From positions 2,880,001-2,944,000 of the forward strand of contig OZ253564.1 in the NCBI GenBank assembly GCA_965262915.1: DNA of 64,000 bases, given 5' to 3'. Position 1 is the stretch's first letter; each line of letters starts with the position of its first letter. The position numbers were made by a program, and so were the translations under genes. The DNA is from Candidatus Spongiisociaceae bacterium. GTDB taxonomy: Bacteria > Actinomycetota > Acidimicrobiia > Spongiisociales > Spongiisociaceae. A model generated the notes under the pieces. It was given only the letters and a program-made list of their open reading frames with translations. It ran no database searches and was not told where the DNA came from. Below, one piece after another: positions 36,081 to 46,805 of this stretch.

Positions 36081-36245
36081 TGTGGTCTGTCTGTAAAATG
36101 ATTCGGCGTGCCTTGGCAGCCATCGACGCTCCTCGCTGCGTTCCGCCTCCTCGATGTACCGCTGCGGGTACGCCTTCGTCGGCGGGCCTTGCGAGCAACG
36201 CCGCTGCCGGCGCATACCACACCACCATCTCACAGACAGACCACT
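36081..36245. repeat. ~165-bp TIR-bounded dispersed repeat (MITE/RPE-like), copy 1
   Basis: Ends GTGGTCTGTCTGT...ACAGACAGACCAC. Core shared with copies at 42497 and 58738. Confidence 0.85.
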
Positions 36246-36270
36246 GGATCCCGGTCGCGGTCGGCGGGGA

Positions 36271-38925
36271 TCATTCGGCGTCGGGGAAGTTCGGGTACGG
36301 GATACGCTGGTGGTAGTGGCCTTTCAACGCATCGACCATGGCGGCTTTGGCGTTGGTGAGGTCCCCGAGGGTGAGCTCGGAGTTCGAGAGCTGTCCGTCG
36401 GCCAACTTCTCCGCCACCACCCTTCGCACCAACTGCTCGATCCGCTCCGGCGACGGCTCCTGCGTCTGGAAAACCGCCCGGCAGGCGCCCTCCACGGAGT
36501 CGGCCATCATCACGATCGCCATCTCCTTTTTGACCGGCTTGCGACCGGCATGCCGGTAGTCCTCGATGTCCACCGTGTCGGGTCCGTAGAGCTCCTGCGC
36601 CTTGTTGTAGAAGAAGTGCATCACGCCGTCCCCGTGATGGGTGACCACGGACTCGGCCACTTCACCCGGAATGCGGAACCTGCGCGCCAGGCTGATGCCG
36701 CCCGTCACGTGGCGGCGGATCACCTCGGCCGAGCGGGCGGGCGCCATCCGGTCGTGGGGGTTCTGGATGCCGAACTGGTTCTCGATGAAGAACTGCGGGT
36801 TCTCGGTCTTGCCGAGGTCGTGGTAGTAGGCAGCGGCCCTGGCCAGCAACGGATTGGCGCCCACCGCCCTGGCAGCCCGGTCGGCGAGGGTTCCCACCAT
36901 GAGCGAGTGGTTGAACGAGCCGAGCGCCTTCTCCTCCAGGAGGCGGAGGGCCGGATGGTTGCGGTCGGTGAGGTCAAGGAGGCGCAGGGAGGTCGTGATG
37001 TCGAACGTGATCTCGAGCACGGAGAGCAGGGAACTGCCTATCAGCCAGGAGATGGCGCCGTTGGCCAGAGCGAAGGCCGCCGCTTCGTACACCCTCATGT
37101 CCTCGTGGAAGAACCATGCGATCACCGCCGCGAAAGCGGCCGAGAGGGCCACGATGTAGATCGCCGCCCGGCGCAGTTCCCGGCGTGCCGAGATGGATGA
37201 CACGAACGGAACCGGCGCCAGAGTGGACAGCGCCGCGAACACAGTGTAACCGGGATCGGTGGTTGCAATGGCCGTCATCGAACCGACCGCCACCGCCATC
37301 AACACGGCTACCCGGGCGTCGAAGAGGATCGCGGTCATGAGACCGAATGCCGCGGCCGGAACCAGGTACCCGATAGCCGCGTTGTCGTCGACGAACACCG
37401 CCACTCCCCGGGCCGCCAGAGCCGAGAGGGCCACGAGCAATCCGAACAGGGCAAGGCGCCGCATCGAGTTCCAGACACGGGGCTCGAACCGGAACATGTA
37501 GAGCGCCAGCAGTCCCACCACGAACACCACGGCTGTGGCCAGGGCCAGGTAGCGGGGCGTAGCGTGCCTCAGTAGGCGTCCCTCCACCAAGGCCGCCTCG
37601 ATCTCGGCGGTCACCTCCTCGTCTGCCTCGACGATGATGACCCCGGCCGGGTACTGGATGGTCAGCTGTTCCACGGCCGCGGCAACGTTGTCCTTGAGTT
37701 GCTGGGTGGCCACCACGTCCACCGATTTGTTGGCCAGCAGGAACTCGGTGGCGACCTCGGTCACCACCGTGGAAACCTGCTGCATCACTACCGGCTCTGC
37801 ATGGGGAAGCGGTACGAATACGGTGCGCTGCCGGTAGGCGAGCTTGACATCGAGCACATCCTCGCTGAGGATCCCTCCGTTCTCGTTCTGGGCCTCGTTG
37901 GCGAGACGGATCACTTCCTGTTCGATCGACGTCAGCCAGGGATCCTCCCCCGTGATCTCCCGCAAGATATCCCCCGTAGCGATGTCGACCAGCTGGGACA
38001 CCGTGTCGATGGAGAGCAGATACCCGGCCGCCCGCAGGTTGGCGGCCTGGATCTCCCGCGGGACGACCACCATCGTCATGGGAAGCGGCCGCAGCTGCGC
38101 TTCCTGGTCGTCGAGCAACTCGACCCGCTGCGACAGGAGCGGGACCGGTGCGGTGAGCCGTTCCGGCACTGTACCGGTGTCGACCAGGACCGTGGCGGGC
38201 CCCGTCGCCAGGCCCGTGAACGCGTACCGGCCGTCTGCGAACGTGCGGGCCACGAACTGGGTTCGGGTCGAGTCGTAGGCCACGAGACGGATATCGCCAA
38301 GCCCGTGGTCGTCCCGAGAGAAGAGACCGTCTCCGTCGATGTCGACGAACACCTGACCGGTGACCCCGGCGGTGCGGAGCACCGCGGGAACGGTGGTCGG
38401 CGGTACGGTCGTGGAAGGGGCAACCGTGGTGGTCGGTTCGGTCGGCTCGGGCGCCTCCACGAACTCGGGTACGGATGTGGTGCCGTCGGTTTCCGCGGAG
38501 GAGGTCGTGGTGGTTTCCAGAGTGGTCGTGGTGACCTCCGTACTGGTGGTGCTGGGCGGGATCGTGGAGGGCGGGATGGTGGTGCTGGTGGTGACCACGG
38601 GCAGCGGTCGGGCGCTCTGATCGACGGTTGCGGCTCTCACCGAGGCGAAGAAGGTCTGGATGTTCTCGATCACGAGGGTGTCGATGGCCTCGTCCCGTCC
38701 GAACACGGGCAGGACCGCGTTGGCCGCCTCCATCCGGGCCGCCTCGGTGCCGGATACGTCATCGATGGTTATCGGAGCCTCCGCCGTGAAGGTCTCGGGG
38801 GATGGTTCCCCGACATTTACGACGGTCGACCTGAAGTCCTGGCCGATCAGCAGGCCCGCCCAGCAGAGAGTCGCGGTCAGTACCAGGATCACCACCCTGC
38901 TCACGATCCTGACGCGACGGCTCAT
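36271..38925 (-). CDS. 7TM-HD (HDIG) phosphohydrolase, PgpH-like
   Basis: Large extracellular region, 7 TM helices, and HS, YYHDLGK, HHG and ADSVE motifs. phoH-ybeY context. Confidence 0.9.
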   Translation of the reverse strand: MSRRVRIVSRVVILVLTATLCWAGLLIGQDFRSTVVNVGEPSPETFTAEAPITIDDVSGTEAARMEAANAVLPVFGRDEAIDTLVIENIQTFFASVRAATVDQSARPLPVVTTSTTIPPSTIPPSTTSTEVTTTTLETTTTSSAETDGTTSVPEFVEAPEPTEPTTTVAPSTTVPPTTVPAVLRTAGVTGQVFVDIDGDGLFSRDDHGLGDIRLVAYDSTRTQFVARTFADGRYAFTGLATGPATVLVDTGTVPERLTAPVPLLSQRVELLDDQEAQLRPLPMTMVVVPREIQAANLRAAGYLLSIDTVSQLVDIATGDILREITGEDPWLTSIEQEVIRLANEAQNENGGILSEDVLDVKLAYRQRTVFVPLPHAEPVVMQQVSTVVTEVATEFLLANKSVDVVATQQLKDNVAAAVEQLTIQYPAGVIIVEADEEVTAEIEAALVEGRLLRHATPRYLALATAVVFVVGLLALYMFRFEPRVWNSMRRLALFGLLVALSALAARGVAVFVDDNAAIGYLVPAAAFGLMTAILFDARVAVLMAVAVGSMTAIATTDPGYTVFAALSTLAPVPFVSSISARRELRRAAIYIVALSAAFAAVIAWFFHEDMRVYEAAAFALANGAISWLIGSSLLSVLEITFDITTSLRLLDLTDRNHPALRLLEEKALGSFNHSLMVGTLADRAARAVGANPLLARAAAYYHDLGKTENPQFFIENQFGIQNPHDRMAPARSAEVIRRHVTGGISLARRFRIPGEVAESVVTHHGDGVMHFFYNKAQELYGPDTVDIEDYRHAGRKPVKKEMAIVMMADSVEGACRAVFQTQEPSPERIEQLVRRVVAEKLADGQLSNSELTLGDLTNAKAAMVDALKGHYHQRIPYPNFPDAE

Positions 38926-39896
38926 CGCTTGTGCCTCTTGGTCGCGGCCGCCTCGTAGGCCTCGACTATGGCGGCCACGATGCGATGCCGGACCACATCG
39001 GCGGACGTGAGGTGTACGATCGCCACATCACGGATCCCCCGCAGGATGGCCTCGGCGTGTGCCAGACCCGACGGGCGCTCGCTCGGTAGATCGACCTGGG
39101 TTGCATCGCCGGTGATGACCATCTTGGAGTTGAATCCCAGCCGGGTGAGGAACATCTTCATCTGGGCCCGCGAAGTGTTCTGCGCCTCGTCGAGCACCAC
39201 GATCGCGTCGTTGAGGGTGCGGCCCCGCATGTAGGCGAGCGGTGCGATCTCGATGGCCCCCTTCTCGGTGTAGGCTGCTACGTCCTCGGGGCCCAGCATC
39301 TCGTAGAGGGCGTCGTAGAGCGGGCGCAGGTAGGGGTTGAACTTCGCCTCGAGGTCGCCCGGCAGGAAGCCGAGACGCTCGCCGGCTTCCACGGCCGGCC
39401 TGGTCAGAACGATGCGCCGCACCGTACCGGTGGTGAGAGCCTCCACCGCCGCCGCCATCGCCAGGTATGTCTTACCGGTGCCTGCCGGGCCGATCCCGAT
39501 TACCAGGGTGTGGTGGCGGATCGCCTGGATGTAGTGAAGCTGGCCCACGGTCTTGGGCCGGATGACCTTGCCTCTTCCCACCTGGATCGCCTCTCCCAGC
39601 ACTCCGCTCGGGGAGGGGACCGCATCGTTCACCATGTTGATCACTCGCCGCACGCCTTCCGGTTCGAGACTGAGACCCTGTTGTATCAGCATCAACAACT
39701 CCTCGACCACCTTGAAGGCGTTGCGGGCCGCCGGCTCCTCACCGCTGAACACTATCTCGTTGCCGCGGGCCACGATCACCACATCGGGAAACGCCTCCTC
39801 CACCGCTCGTAGATGGCAGTCGCGCTCGCCCAGCAGGTCGAGCATCAGACCGACAGCGGGAACGTGCAAGAGGAAACGGGACGCAGCGGGGCGCAT
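38922..39896 (-). CDS. phoH: PhoH-family ATPase
   Basis: GPAGTGKT, RPAVEAGERLGFLPGDL, RGRTL and DEAQN. Confidence 0.95.
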   Translation of the reverse strand: MRPAASRFLLHVPAVGLMLDLLGERDCHLRAVEEAFPDVVIVARGNEIVFSGEEPAARNAFKVVEELLMLIQQGLSLEPEGVRRVINMVNDAVPSPSGVLGEAIQVGRGKVIRPKTVGQLHYIQAIRHHTLVIGIGPAGTGKTYLAMAAAVEALTTGTVRRIVLTRPAVEAGERLGFLPGDLEAKFNPYLRPLYDALYEMLGPEDVAAYTEKGAIEIAPLAYMRGRTLNDAIVVLDEAQNTSRAQMKMFLTRLGFNSKMVITGDATQVDLPSERPSGLAHAEAILRGIRDVAIVHLTSADVVRHRIVAAIVEAYEAAATKRHKR

Positions 39897-40226
39897 CAGC
39901 GAACCAGACCCGTGATGTAGGACAACAAGGAGATCGTAAAGAGTACCATGCGAATGGTTCTAGGAGGGTGGTGTGACACCCCCCGTTGGCCCGACAGCGG
40001 AGGACAGACTGCCACGTCAGCAATGACGGGCCCACCGTTCAACCCGTTTCTCACCACCCTCCTACACTCCTATCCCGACTGGTGGTAGGCGTCAATACCC
40101 CGGGAGCAGGAGCCGGAGGGCCGCGGTCCGGCAAGCATGCCCGAGCGTGGGCGCTACCCCCTTGCGGCGGTGGTTGCCGCCGGCGACGCTGAACTCTTCG
40201 GAGGTCCTCACCGGTCGTGCCAGGTG

Positions 40227-41285
40227 TCAGAGGACATCCTCACCCCTGGCTTGGGCGTAGCGGCGCAGCAGTTGCCGCTCGGACCGGCTGAGGCGCTTGG
40301 GCACTTCGATCCCCACCATCACGAACAAGTCGCCGCGTCCCCGGCGCCCGAGGCGACCCGTTCCCTTGCCCTTGAGCCGCATCACCTCTCCGTGCTGGGT
40401 TCCGGTAGGAACCTTGACGCGCTCGGTCCCGCCTTCGAGGAGCGGGACGTCGGCTTCGGTCCCCAATGCGGCCGAAGCTATTCCGACGGACAGTTGGTAC
40501 ACCAGGTCGTTTCCCTGGCGCGTGAATCGATCGTCGGGTCGTATGCCCAGATCCACGTACAGATCCCCCGGTGGCGTCCCGCGCCTGCCTGCTTCGCCCT
40601 CGCCGATAAGCCGCAGACGGCTCCCATCCATGACCCCCGTGGGAACGTCCACGGAGATCTCCTTCTCGCCCTCGGTGATCCCTTCGCCTCCGCATCCTGC
40701 GCACGGGTCGGCGATCACGGAGCCGGCGCCCTGGCAGGCCCGGCAGGTCGTGACGGTCATCAGAGAGCCGAAAACGCTCCTCCTCGCCATCCGGACCTGG
40801 CCGGTTCCGGCGCATATATTGCATGCACGGGTACCCGATCCGGGCCGGGCGCCGGAGCCCGAACAGCTTCCGCAGGTGACCGCCGCCCTGAACCGGACGC
40901 TTCTGGTGGCGCCGAAGGCGGCTTCCTCCAGATCCACCCCGAGCCGAACGCGAATGTCCCTTCCCCTGGAGTCCCGGACCCCGGTGACCCCTCCGCCGAA
41001 TATCCCTCCCTGGCCGAACACCGAACCGAGCAGGTCTTCGAAGGATCCGGCTCCCTGGAACAACCCGGCCAGGTCGAGAGTCTCGCCGCGGTCGTAGCGA
41101 GCCCTCTTCTCCGGATCGGAGAGCACCTCGTACGCCTCTGCGACCTCGCGGAACCGCGCCTCGGCGGCGGGGTCGTCCGGATTGGCGTCCGGATGCGTGG
41201 CGCGGGCCAGGCGGCGGAAGGCCTTCTTTATCTCGTCGGGCGAGGCGTCGCGCTCCACGCCCAGGGTCGCGTAGTAGTCGGCCAT
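40227..41285 (-). CDS. dnaJ: Chaperone DnaJ
   Basis: J-domain HPD and four CxxCxGxG repeats. Confidence 0.96.
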   Translation of the reverse strand: MADYYATLGVERDASPDEIKKAFRRLARATHPDANPDDPAAEARFREVAEAYEVLSDPEKRARYDRGETLDLAGLFQGAGSFEDLLGSVFGQGGIFGGGVTGVRDSRGRDIRVRLGVDLEEAAFGATRSVRFRAAVTCGSCSGSGARPGSGTRACNICAGTGQVRMARRSVFGSLMTVTTCRACQGAGSVIADPCAGCGGEGITEGEKEISVDVPTGVMDGSRLRLIGEGEAGRRGTPPGDLYVDLGIRPDDRFTRQGNDLVYQLSVGIASAALGTEADVPLLEGGTERVKVPTGTQHGEVMRLKGKGTGRLGRRGRGDLFVMVGIEVPKRLSRSERQLLRRYAQARGEDVL

Positions 41286-41398
41286 ACCGTCGGTCAGGCG
41301 GCCGATCCAACGGCGCCGCGGCCCGGTGGTCCGCAATCGGTCCTGGTGCGGCGCCGCAGTCCCGGGCGGGATCGAGGAGTCAGGATCGTAGCCACGGT

Positions 41399-42406
41399 TC
41401 AGCGATCTCCGAGACTCTCGTCGAGGCCACCCTTGATTTCCTCCACCACGGAGATCGTCCGGCCGTAGTCCATTCTCATCGGGCCGAGGACGCCGATCCG
41501 CCCGGAAGGCTCACCCTGTTCGCCTCCGTAGCTGGTCGAGACCAGCGAGATGTCGGTCGGCGAGTCGATGCCCAGTTCCCGGCCGATACGTACCTCGGTA
41601 CCGTCGGGCAGGTGGGCCAGCACCTCCAGGAGAGCGGCCTCGCGTTCGAGGATCTCGAGTACCCCGCGCACTTTGGAGATCTCCCCCCACGCGTCAGTCA
41701 GGTAGCTGGCCGGCCCCAGATAGAGTTCCTGGTCAGTGGCGCCCGCTCTTGCCAGGGCCTGGGCGGCTTTCCAGAGGATGCGACCCACTCCGCCCGTCAT
41801 CTCCCCCGGGGGTAGCAGATCGAGATCGAATACCTGCGACATCGGCAACCCGATCTGGTACCTGCGCAGCAGCAGCTGGGCGTCATCGACTTCGATCGGG
41901 TCCACGGGCGCCGGCAGCATCAAGAGGGACTGGGATACCCGCCCGGCCTGGGTTACCACCACCATCAGGATCGCATCGGCCCTGGTCTGCACCATATGGA
42001 TGGCCCGGATGACCTCGCTTGCCATTCCGGGACCGGTCACGACGGACGGGTAGTGGGTGATCTCGCTCAGGAGCGTCGAGGTGGCCTTGAGGAGCCGCCC
42101 CAACTCGGCATGGACCGAGGCGAAGAACTCGGAGACACGAGCGGAAGCAGCGGGCGACTGGATGGGTTTTATCAGCTGATCGACGTAGTAGCGGTAGGCG
42201 CGGGCGGTCGGGATCCGTCCGGCGGACGTGTGCGGCTGCACGGCGTATCCCTCGGATTCGAGCGCCGCTAGTTCGGTTCGCACCGTGGCGGCCGACACCA
42301 TGAGATGGCCAGACTGCAGGATCGCCCGCGAGCTCACCGGTCCCCCCGTTCGGATGTGCTCCTCGACCAGGATCCTGAGGACCTTCGCCTTCCGGTCGTG
42401 CAACAT
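41399..42406 (-). CDS. hrcA: Heat-inducible repressor HrcA
   Basis: [21 protein letters not shown] and [10 protein letters not shown]. Confidence 0.95.
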   Translation of the reverse strand: MLHDRKAKVLRILVEEHIRTGGPVSSRAILQSGHLMVSAATVRTELAALESEGYAVQPHTSAGRIPTARAYRYYVDQLIKPIQSPAASARVSEFFASVHAELGRLLKATSTLLSEITHYPSVVTGPGMASEVIRAIHMVQTRADAILMVVVTQAGRVSQSLLMLPAPVDPIEVDDAQLLLRRYQIGLPMSQVFDLDLLPPGEMTGGVGRILWKAAQALARAGATDQELYLGPASYLTDAWGEISKVRGVLEILEREAALLEVLAHLPDGTEVRIGRELGIDSPTDISLVSTSYGGEQGEPSGRIGVLGPMRMDYGRTISVVEEIKGGLDESLGDR

Positions 42407-42496
42407 GGGGGACATGATATATGCACGGCATACGAGAGGCGCAGGTGAGTGCCCTCCGAGTCCGACCGCGGCTCGGCGGCGTTGGAGTGGAGTGTT

Positions 42497-42659
42497 AGTG
42501 GTCTGCCAGCAAGATGATTCGGTGTGCGCTACTTGCCATCGGCGTCCCTCGCTGCGTTCCGCCTCCTCGATATCGCTGCGGGTACGCCTTCGTCGGTGGG
42601 CCTTGCGAGCAACGCCGCTGCCGGCGCACGCCACACCACCATCTCACAGACAGACCACA
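42497..42659. repeat. Dispersed TIR-bounded repeat, copy 2
   Basis: AGTGGTCTG...CAGACAGACCAC with the same core as copy 1. Confidence 0.85.
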
Positions 42660-42754
42660 TGTTCTGCTACACTTGCCGGGCCCCTCTTCCGATTTTGTTG
42701 GGGGCTCCCCGTCATCGGCCCGTAGTGGCCGGCCGCCTGTTTTCGAGTTCACAC

Positions 42755-43018
42755 ATGGCACACAACAAATCTCAGGAAAAACGCAACCGCCAGACGATCG
42801 TCCGCACTGCTCGCAACAAGGCCGTGCGGTCGGAGTTGAAGACCCGGATCAAAAGCGCCGTGGCCGCGGCCGAGAGCGGTGACGCAGCCGCAGCTGCGGA
42901 AGCTCTCCGCTTGGCCCAGAAGCGCATCGACCAGGCTGCTGCCAAGGGCGTGCTGAAGAAGAACACAGCGGCCCGCCGGAAGCGCAATCTGGTCCGCCAA
43001 GTCCGCCGCATCGGCTAG
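42755..43018 (+). CDS. rpsT: 30S ribosomal protein S20
   Basis: MAHNKSQEKRNRQ...KGVLKKNTAARRK. Confidence 0.96.
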   Translation: MAHNKSQEKRNRQTIVRTARNKAVRSELKTRIKSAVAAAESGDAAAAAEALRLAQKRIDQAAAKGVLKKNTAARRKRNLVRQVRRIG

Positions 43019-43167
43019 GAGGGTGTAAGACGGTGGGGAGCAACGCCCCGTCTTCCCCTGAACAACCACTACGTCATCGGTCGACGGGCCGCGAAGGGGT
43101 TTGTTACCACCCACCTAGCAGGGCGCTCAACCACGGGTAAGTGGTTGGCCGGTCGTCCGCCTGCTGC

Positions 43168-44097
43168 CTACGGCCGGTACCAGTAGCAGAGCGACACCGC
43201 GAGGCGCTCCATAGTGACCAGGTGGGTCTCCTCGGGCTTGGTCTTGAGGGTCGCGTCGGCGCGCCGGACGGCGTCGATGGCGCGCATCAGGTTCTCGTCT
43301 GTCATCCTCTTGCCGGCCTGCCAGCTCTTCCGCGTCGGAAAGGCGTCGGGCTTGGAGCCGATCCACCCGGCGAAGGTTTCCATATCGGGTGCGACCGAGG
43401 CGAGTGCCCGTCTCCTGAGGTCGTTTTCGATGGCGCCGAGCAGCAACAGGGGGTGGCTGTAGGTCAGAAGGTCGTGCAGCCGGCGGAGGGCGTCCTCCAC
43501 GGCTCCCTTGGCGAGGGCGTCGGTGAAATGCCAGATCGGCTCGTCGGGACGGTTGCGGAAACGGCCCAGGATCATGTCGCCGGTTATCGGCTCGTCGGCC
43601 ATCATGAGCTGGTCGAGTGCTTGTGCCAGTGCCTCGATGTCGGATCCGAAGCGTCCCACGAGCGCTCCGACCGCCTCGGCGCTCAGACGTAGTCCCCGAT
43701 CCCGGGCTGCTTGGCGCAGCCAAGAGGCCGCGTCCTTCTCCCGTAGCTTCCTGATGGTCACCACCTGGCCGTGCTTCCGGATGTGGGCCGGGAGCGGGGC
43801 GGGCAGCCTTCCACCCGACACCAGGACCACCTGGCGGTCGCCGGAATCCGGCCGGCCGAGCAGGTCGGCGATCGCCGACGCCTCCGTGGAGCGCAGGAGG
43901 TGGGCATCCATCACCATTAGCCCGGTGCGTCCCCCGAACAGCGAGCCCGACTGGAGCGCCGGGACCACGGGCTCCACCTCCGGTCGGATGGTCGCATCGC
44001 CCGCCTCCGACTGGCCCCGGCCGGGTACGTCGACCCGCACGATGTCCGCCGGATGTATCACGGAGCCGGCGAAGATCTCGGCCGCCCGATCGAGCAT
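43168..44097 (-). CDS. holA: DNA polymerase III delta subunit (may start at CTG 44157)
   Basis: SGSLFG motif. Conserved comEC-holA-rpsT synteny. Confidence 0.85.
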   Translation of the reverse strand: MLDRAAEIFAGSVIHPADIVRVDVPGRGQSEAGDATIRPEVEPVVPALQSGSLFGGRTGLMVMDAHLLRSTEASAIADLLGRPDSGDRQVVLVSGGRLPAPLPAHIRKHGQVVTIRKLREKDAASWLRQAARDRGLRLSAEAVGALVGRFGSDIEALAQALDQLMMADEPITGDMILGRFRNRPDEPIWHFTDALAKGAVEDALRRLHDLLTYSHPLLLLGAIENDLRRRALASVAPDMETFAGWIGSKPDAFPTRKSWQAGKRMTDENLMRAIDAVRRADATLKTKPEETHLVTMERLAVSLCYWYRP

Positions 44098-44153
44098 CTG
44101 CTTGCGCTCGCCGGGGCCGGGTTCGCGCGGTCCGCTGATATGGACCAGGGCCT

Positions 44154-44861
44154 TCAGAGGTTCCAGCCTCCGCCGACCTGTATGAACGAGCCGCTTATGT
44201 AGTCGGTGTCGTCACGCAGGAGGAATCTCACCGCCGTGCACACATCCTCGAACTTTCCGTGACGGCGGGCCGGGATCCGGGCCAGGGCAGGCAGTGGCTC
44301 GGAGTTCTCCAGAACGCCCGGGAGGATGGCGTTCACCGTGATACCGTAGGGCGCTTCCGTCACCGCCATCGTCTTGGTGATGATCAGGATACCGGTCTTA
44401 CCGATGTAATAGGGAAGGCTACGGGGGCGGGCGGAGAGGCGATCGGCGCCCGAATCCGATACGTTGATGATCCTCCCCCCACCGTTGCGCAGCATCGGAA
44501 GCATCGCCCTGGAAACGTAGTAGGTGGCCGAAACGGTGGAGGCTATCTGGGAGTCCCATTCGTCGATGGTGAGGTCGTCGAGGTTCTTGAGGATGAAGTC
44601 GCCGACGTTGTTGACCAGGGCATCGAGGCCGCCGACCCTCGACCGGATCATCTCCGCCATGTGCTCGACATCCGACGGAACGGTCACGTCCGCCTGGATC
44701 GGGTGGGCCTTGCCGCCCCTCTGCCGGATCACCTCGGCCGCCGACTCCGCCTCTGGCCGGCTCGACCGGTAGTTGACCACCACCTCGTGGCCTTCGAGTC
44801 CCAGGTATATTGCGATCGCCCTTCCCAGACCCCTCGCGGACCCTGTTACCAGTACCTTCAT
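44154..44861 (-). CDS. SDR oxidoreductase, pteridine/dihydrofolate reductase (TmpR)-like
   Basis: TGSARGLG, VNNVGDF, YYIGK, PGVLENS and C-terminal GGWNL. Confidence 0.8.
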   Translation of the reverse strand: MKVLVTGSARGLGRAIAIYLGLEGHEVVVNYRSSRPEAESAAEVIRQRGGKAHPIQADVTVPSDVEHMAEMIRSRVGGLDALVNNVGDFILKNLDDLTIDEWDSQIASTVSATYYVSRAMLPMLRNGGGRIINVSDSGADRLSARPRSLPYYIGKTGILIITKTMAVTEAPYGITVNAILPGVLENSEPLPALARIPARRHGKFEDVCTAVRFLLRDDTDYISGSFIQVGGGWNL

Positions 44862-44929
44862 AGACGCGCCATCTCCGCGGTCGTGCCCTACCGAGGTGAT
44901 GGTAACGCCGCCGGGCATTTCGGAGAGCG

Positions 44930-45465
44930 TCACGGCGGGAGATGTATCACTACGTCGCCTTCCAGATCCGTGCGGCGGATTTCCATTCCGGCTTGCTCGA
45001 GTTCGGCCAACAGCTCAGGAGAGGGGTGACCGTAGCGGTTGGGGCCCACGCTCACGACCGCCACCGAGGCGCCCGAATCGATCAGCCATCGGGAGTCGGA
45101 GGTGGCCGCACCCTGATGCGGGACCTTCAGCACCGCGACCGGGGGAGGTGGCAGTTCCCGCTGGGCGATCCGTTCGACGTCCCCCGACAGCAGTATCCGG
45201 GTCCGGCCCAGGGTGGCCACCATGACGATGGATTGGTCGTTGAGGGATGCGTACCTGCGCAGGGGCCCCAGCACCTCGAGCCCGATGGAGCCGATGAGGT
45301 AGCGGCCCGGCCGGGGCGTGGAGATGTCGGTGTGGGCGGAGGCGGTGCGGATGAAGGCGGCGAACTCGTCGCCCTGTCCGGGGAAGGGTACGTACCACAT
45401 CGCCCGGACCGGGATGGATCCCACCACGTCGGAGAGGCCGCCGTAGTGATCGTGGTGAGGGTGGG
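44930..45465 (-). pseudogene. comEC: comEC 3' half (remainder of the metallo-beta-lactamase domain)
   Basis: HPHHDHYGGL..., NDQSIV, LLSGDVE, LKVPHQGA, ISVG-like VSVGPNRYGHPS and RTDLEG. Confidence 0.92.
45452..45465. other. att core (left junction) GTGGTGAGGGTGGG
   Basis: Exact 14-bp direct repeat with 57247-57260. Confidence 0.9.
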
Positions 45466-45638
45466 CACACCACTACTCATGTTTTTATCTATACTTATCA
45501 GACCTCAATAAACACCATTGACCTGGTGTTATAGACGTATAACAGGAGGGACCGGGGATCCAGGCATTATCATTAGATATCACCGAATTGCACTACTATA
45601 GTAGTAACTGAAGTAGTATCTACCGTTAGTGGTGTGCA

Positions 45639-46805
45639 ATGAAACGGAAAGGGCAACCCCTCACAGCAGCCTTCGTACGGTCAGTGAAACGGCCAGGCCG
45701 GTACGGCGACGGTCGGGGTGGTCACGGTCTGAGCCTGTTGGTGAAGCCGATGACCAACGGCCGCGTCTCCCGCTCATGGTCGCAAAGGGTCCTCGACCCG
45801 CGAACAGGGCGACCGACCGGCATCGGGCTCGGTGCGTACCCGGTCGTAACTCTGGCGCAAGCCCGCAAGATGGCGCTTCACAACCGTCGGGAACTCGACG
45901 CCGGACGCGACCCAAGAGGCGGCGGACTCCCCACTCTCGAAGCAGCCACCGAGAAGGTGATCGCCTTACACCGGCCGGACTGGAAACCCGGCTCTCGCAC
46001 CGAACACCAATGGAGACAATGGCACCGCGACTACATCGCGCCGGCCATCGGCGACCGGCTGGTGTCGGAAGTCACCACCGCCGACGTGCTCCGAGCGTTG
46101 ACACCGATATGGTCTTCCCGGCCGGTGGTCGCCCGACGGGTCCGCGAGCGGCTCTCGCTGGTGTTCCGATGGGCCATGAGTCAGGGCTACCGGCCAGACG
46201 ACCCGGCCGGACCGGACCTGCTCTCGGTACTCCCCAAGCAGAACGGCAAGCAGCACCACCAAGCGCTCCCCCATGGCGCCGTACCGGCAGCCATCCGCAA
46301 GGTGCGGGCGTCCACGTCCACTCTCCCGGTCCGGCTCTGCATCGAGTTCGTAGCGTTGACAGCGGCCCGTCACGGCGAAGCCCGACTCGCGCAGTGGCCC
46401 GAAATCGACTTCGACACGGCCATCTGGACCGTTCCACCTTCCCGTATGAAAGCAGGCCGTGAGCACCGGGTACCCCTCTCCGGCCGGGCGCTGGAAGTGC
46501 TCGCAGAGGCCCAAGCCGTAGACGACGGGTCCGGGCTGATCTTCGCGATGAACGGGAAGGCCATCAACGCGTCCACCATCGGCGCTACCTTCCGCAGACT
46601 GGAGATAGCCACCGCCCACGGTCTCCGGTCGGCTTTCAGGTCATGGTGCGCCGATGAGGGGATCAAGAGGGAGACAGCTGAAGAGTGCCTCGCCCACCAG
46701 GTCGGCAGCGCCGTCGAGTTGGCCTACCAACGGTCCGACGTGATCGAACTGCGCCGGCCAGTCATGCAAGCCTGGGCCGAATACATCACCCACAAACTGT
46801 TATAA
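45639..46805 (+). CDS. int: P4-like tyrosine integrase
   Basis: GLSLLV...GLGAYP, ARHGE, MKAGREHRVPLS, HGLRS and LAH...AY. Confidence 0.93.
   Translation: MKRKGQPLTAAFVRSVKRPGRYGDGRGGHGLSLLVKPMTNGRVSRSWSQRVLDPRTGRPTGIGLGAYPVVTLAQARKMALHNRRELDAGRDPRGGGLPTLEAATEKVIALHRPDWKPGSRTEHQWRQWHRDYIAPAIGDRLVSEVTTADVLRALTPIWSSRPVVARRVRERLSLVFRWAMSQGYRPDDPAGPDLLSVLPKQNGKQHHQALPHGAVPAAIRKVRASTSTLPVRLCIEFVALTAARHGEARLAQWPEIDFDTAIWTVPPSRMKAGREHRVPLSGRALEVLAEAQAVDDGSGLIFAMNGKAINASTIGATFRRLEIATAHGLRSAFRSWCADEGIKRETAEECLAHQVGSAVELAYQRSDVIELRRPVMQAWAEYITHKLL

Noticed and set aside
36059-36220. N-terminal extensions of YbeY and HrcA in the ORF track
   Set aside because: They come from the upstream dispersed repeat. 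Family-typical starts lie downstream.
42420-42500. CIRCE operator upstream of hrcA
   Set aside because: Only half-site-like GAGTG strings are present; there is no TTAGCACTC-N9-GAGTGCTAA geometry.
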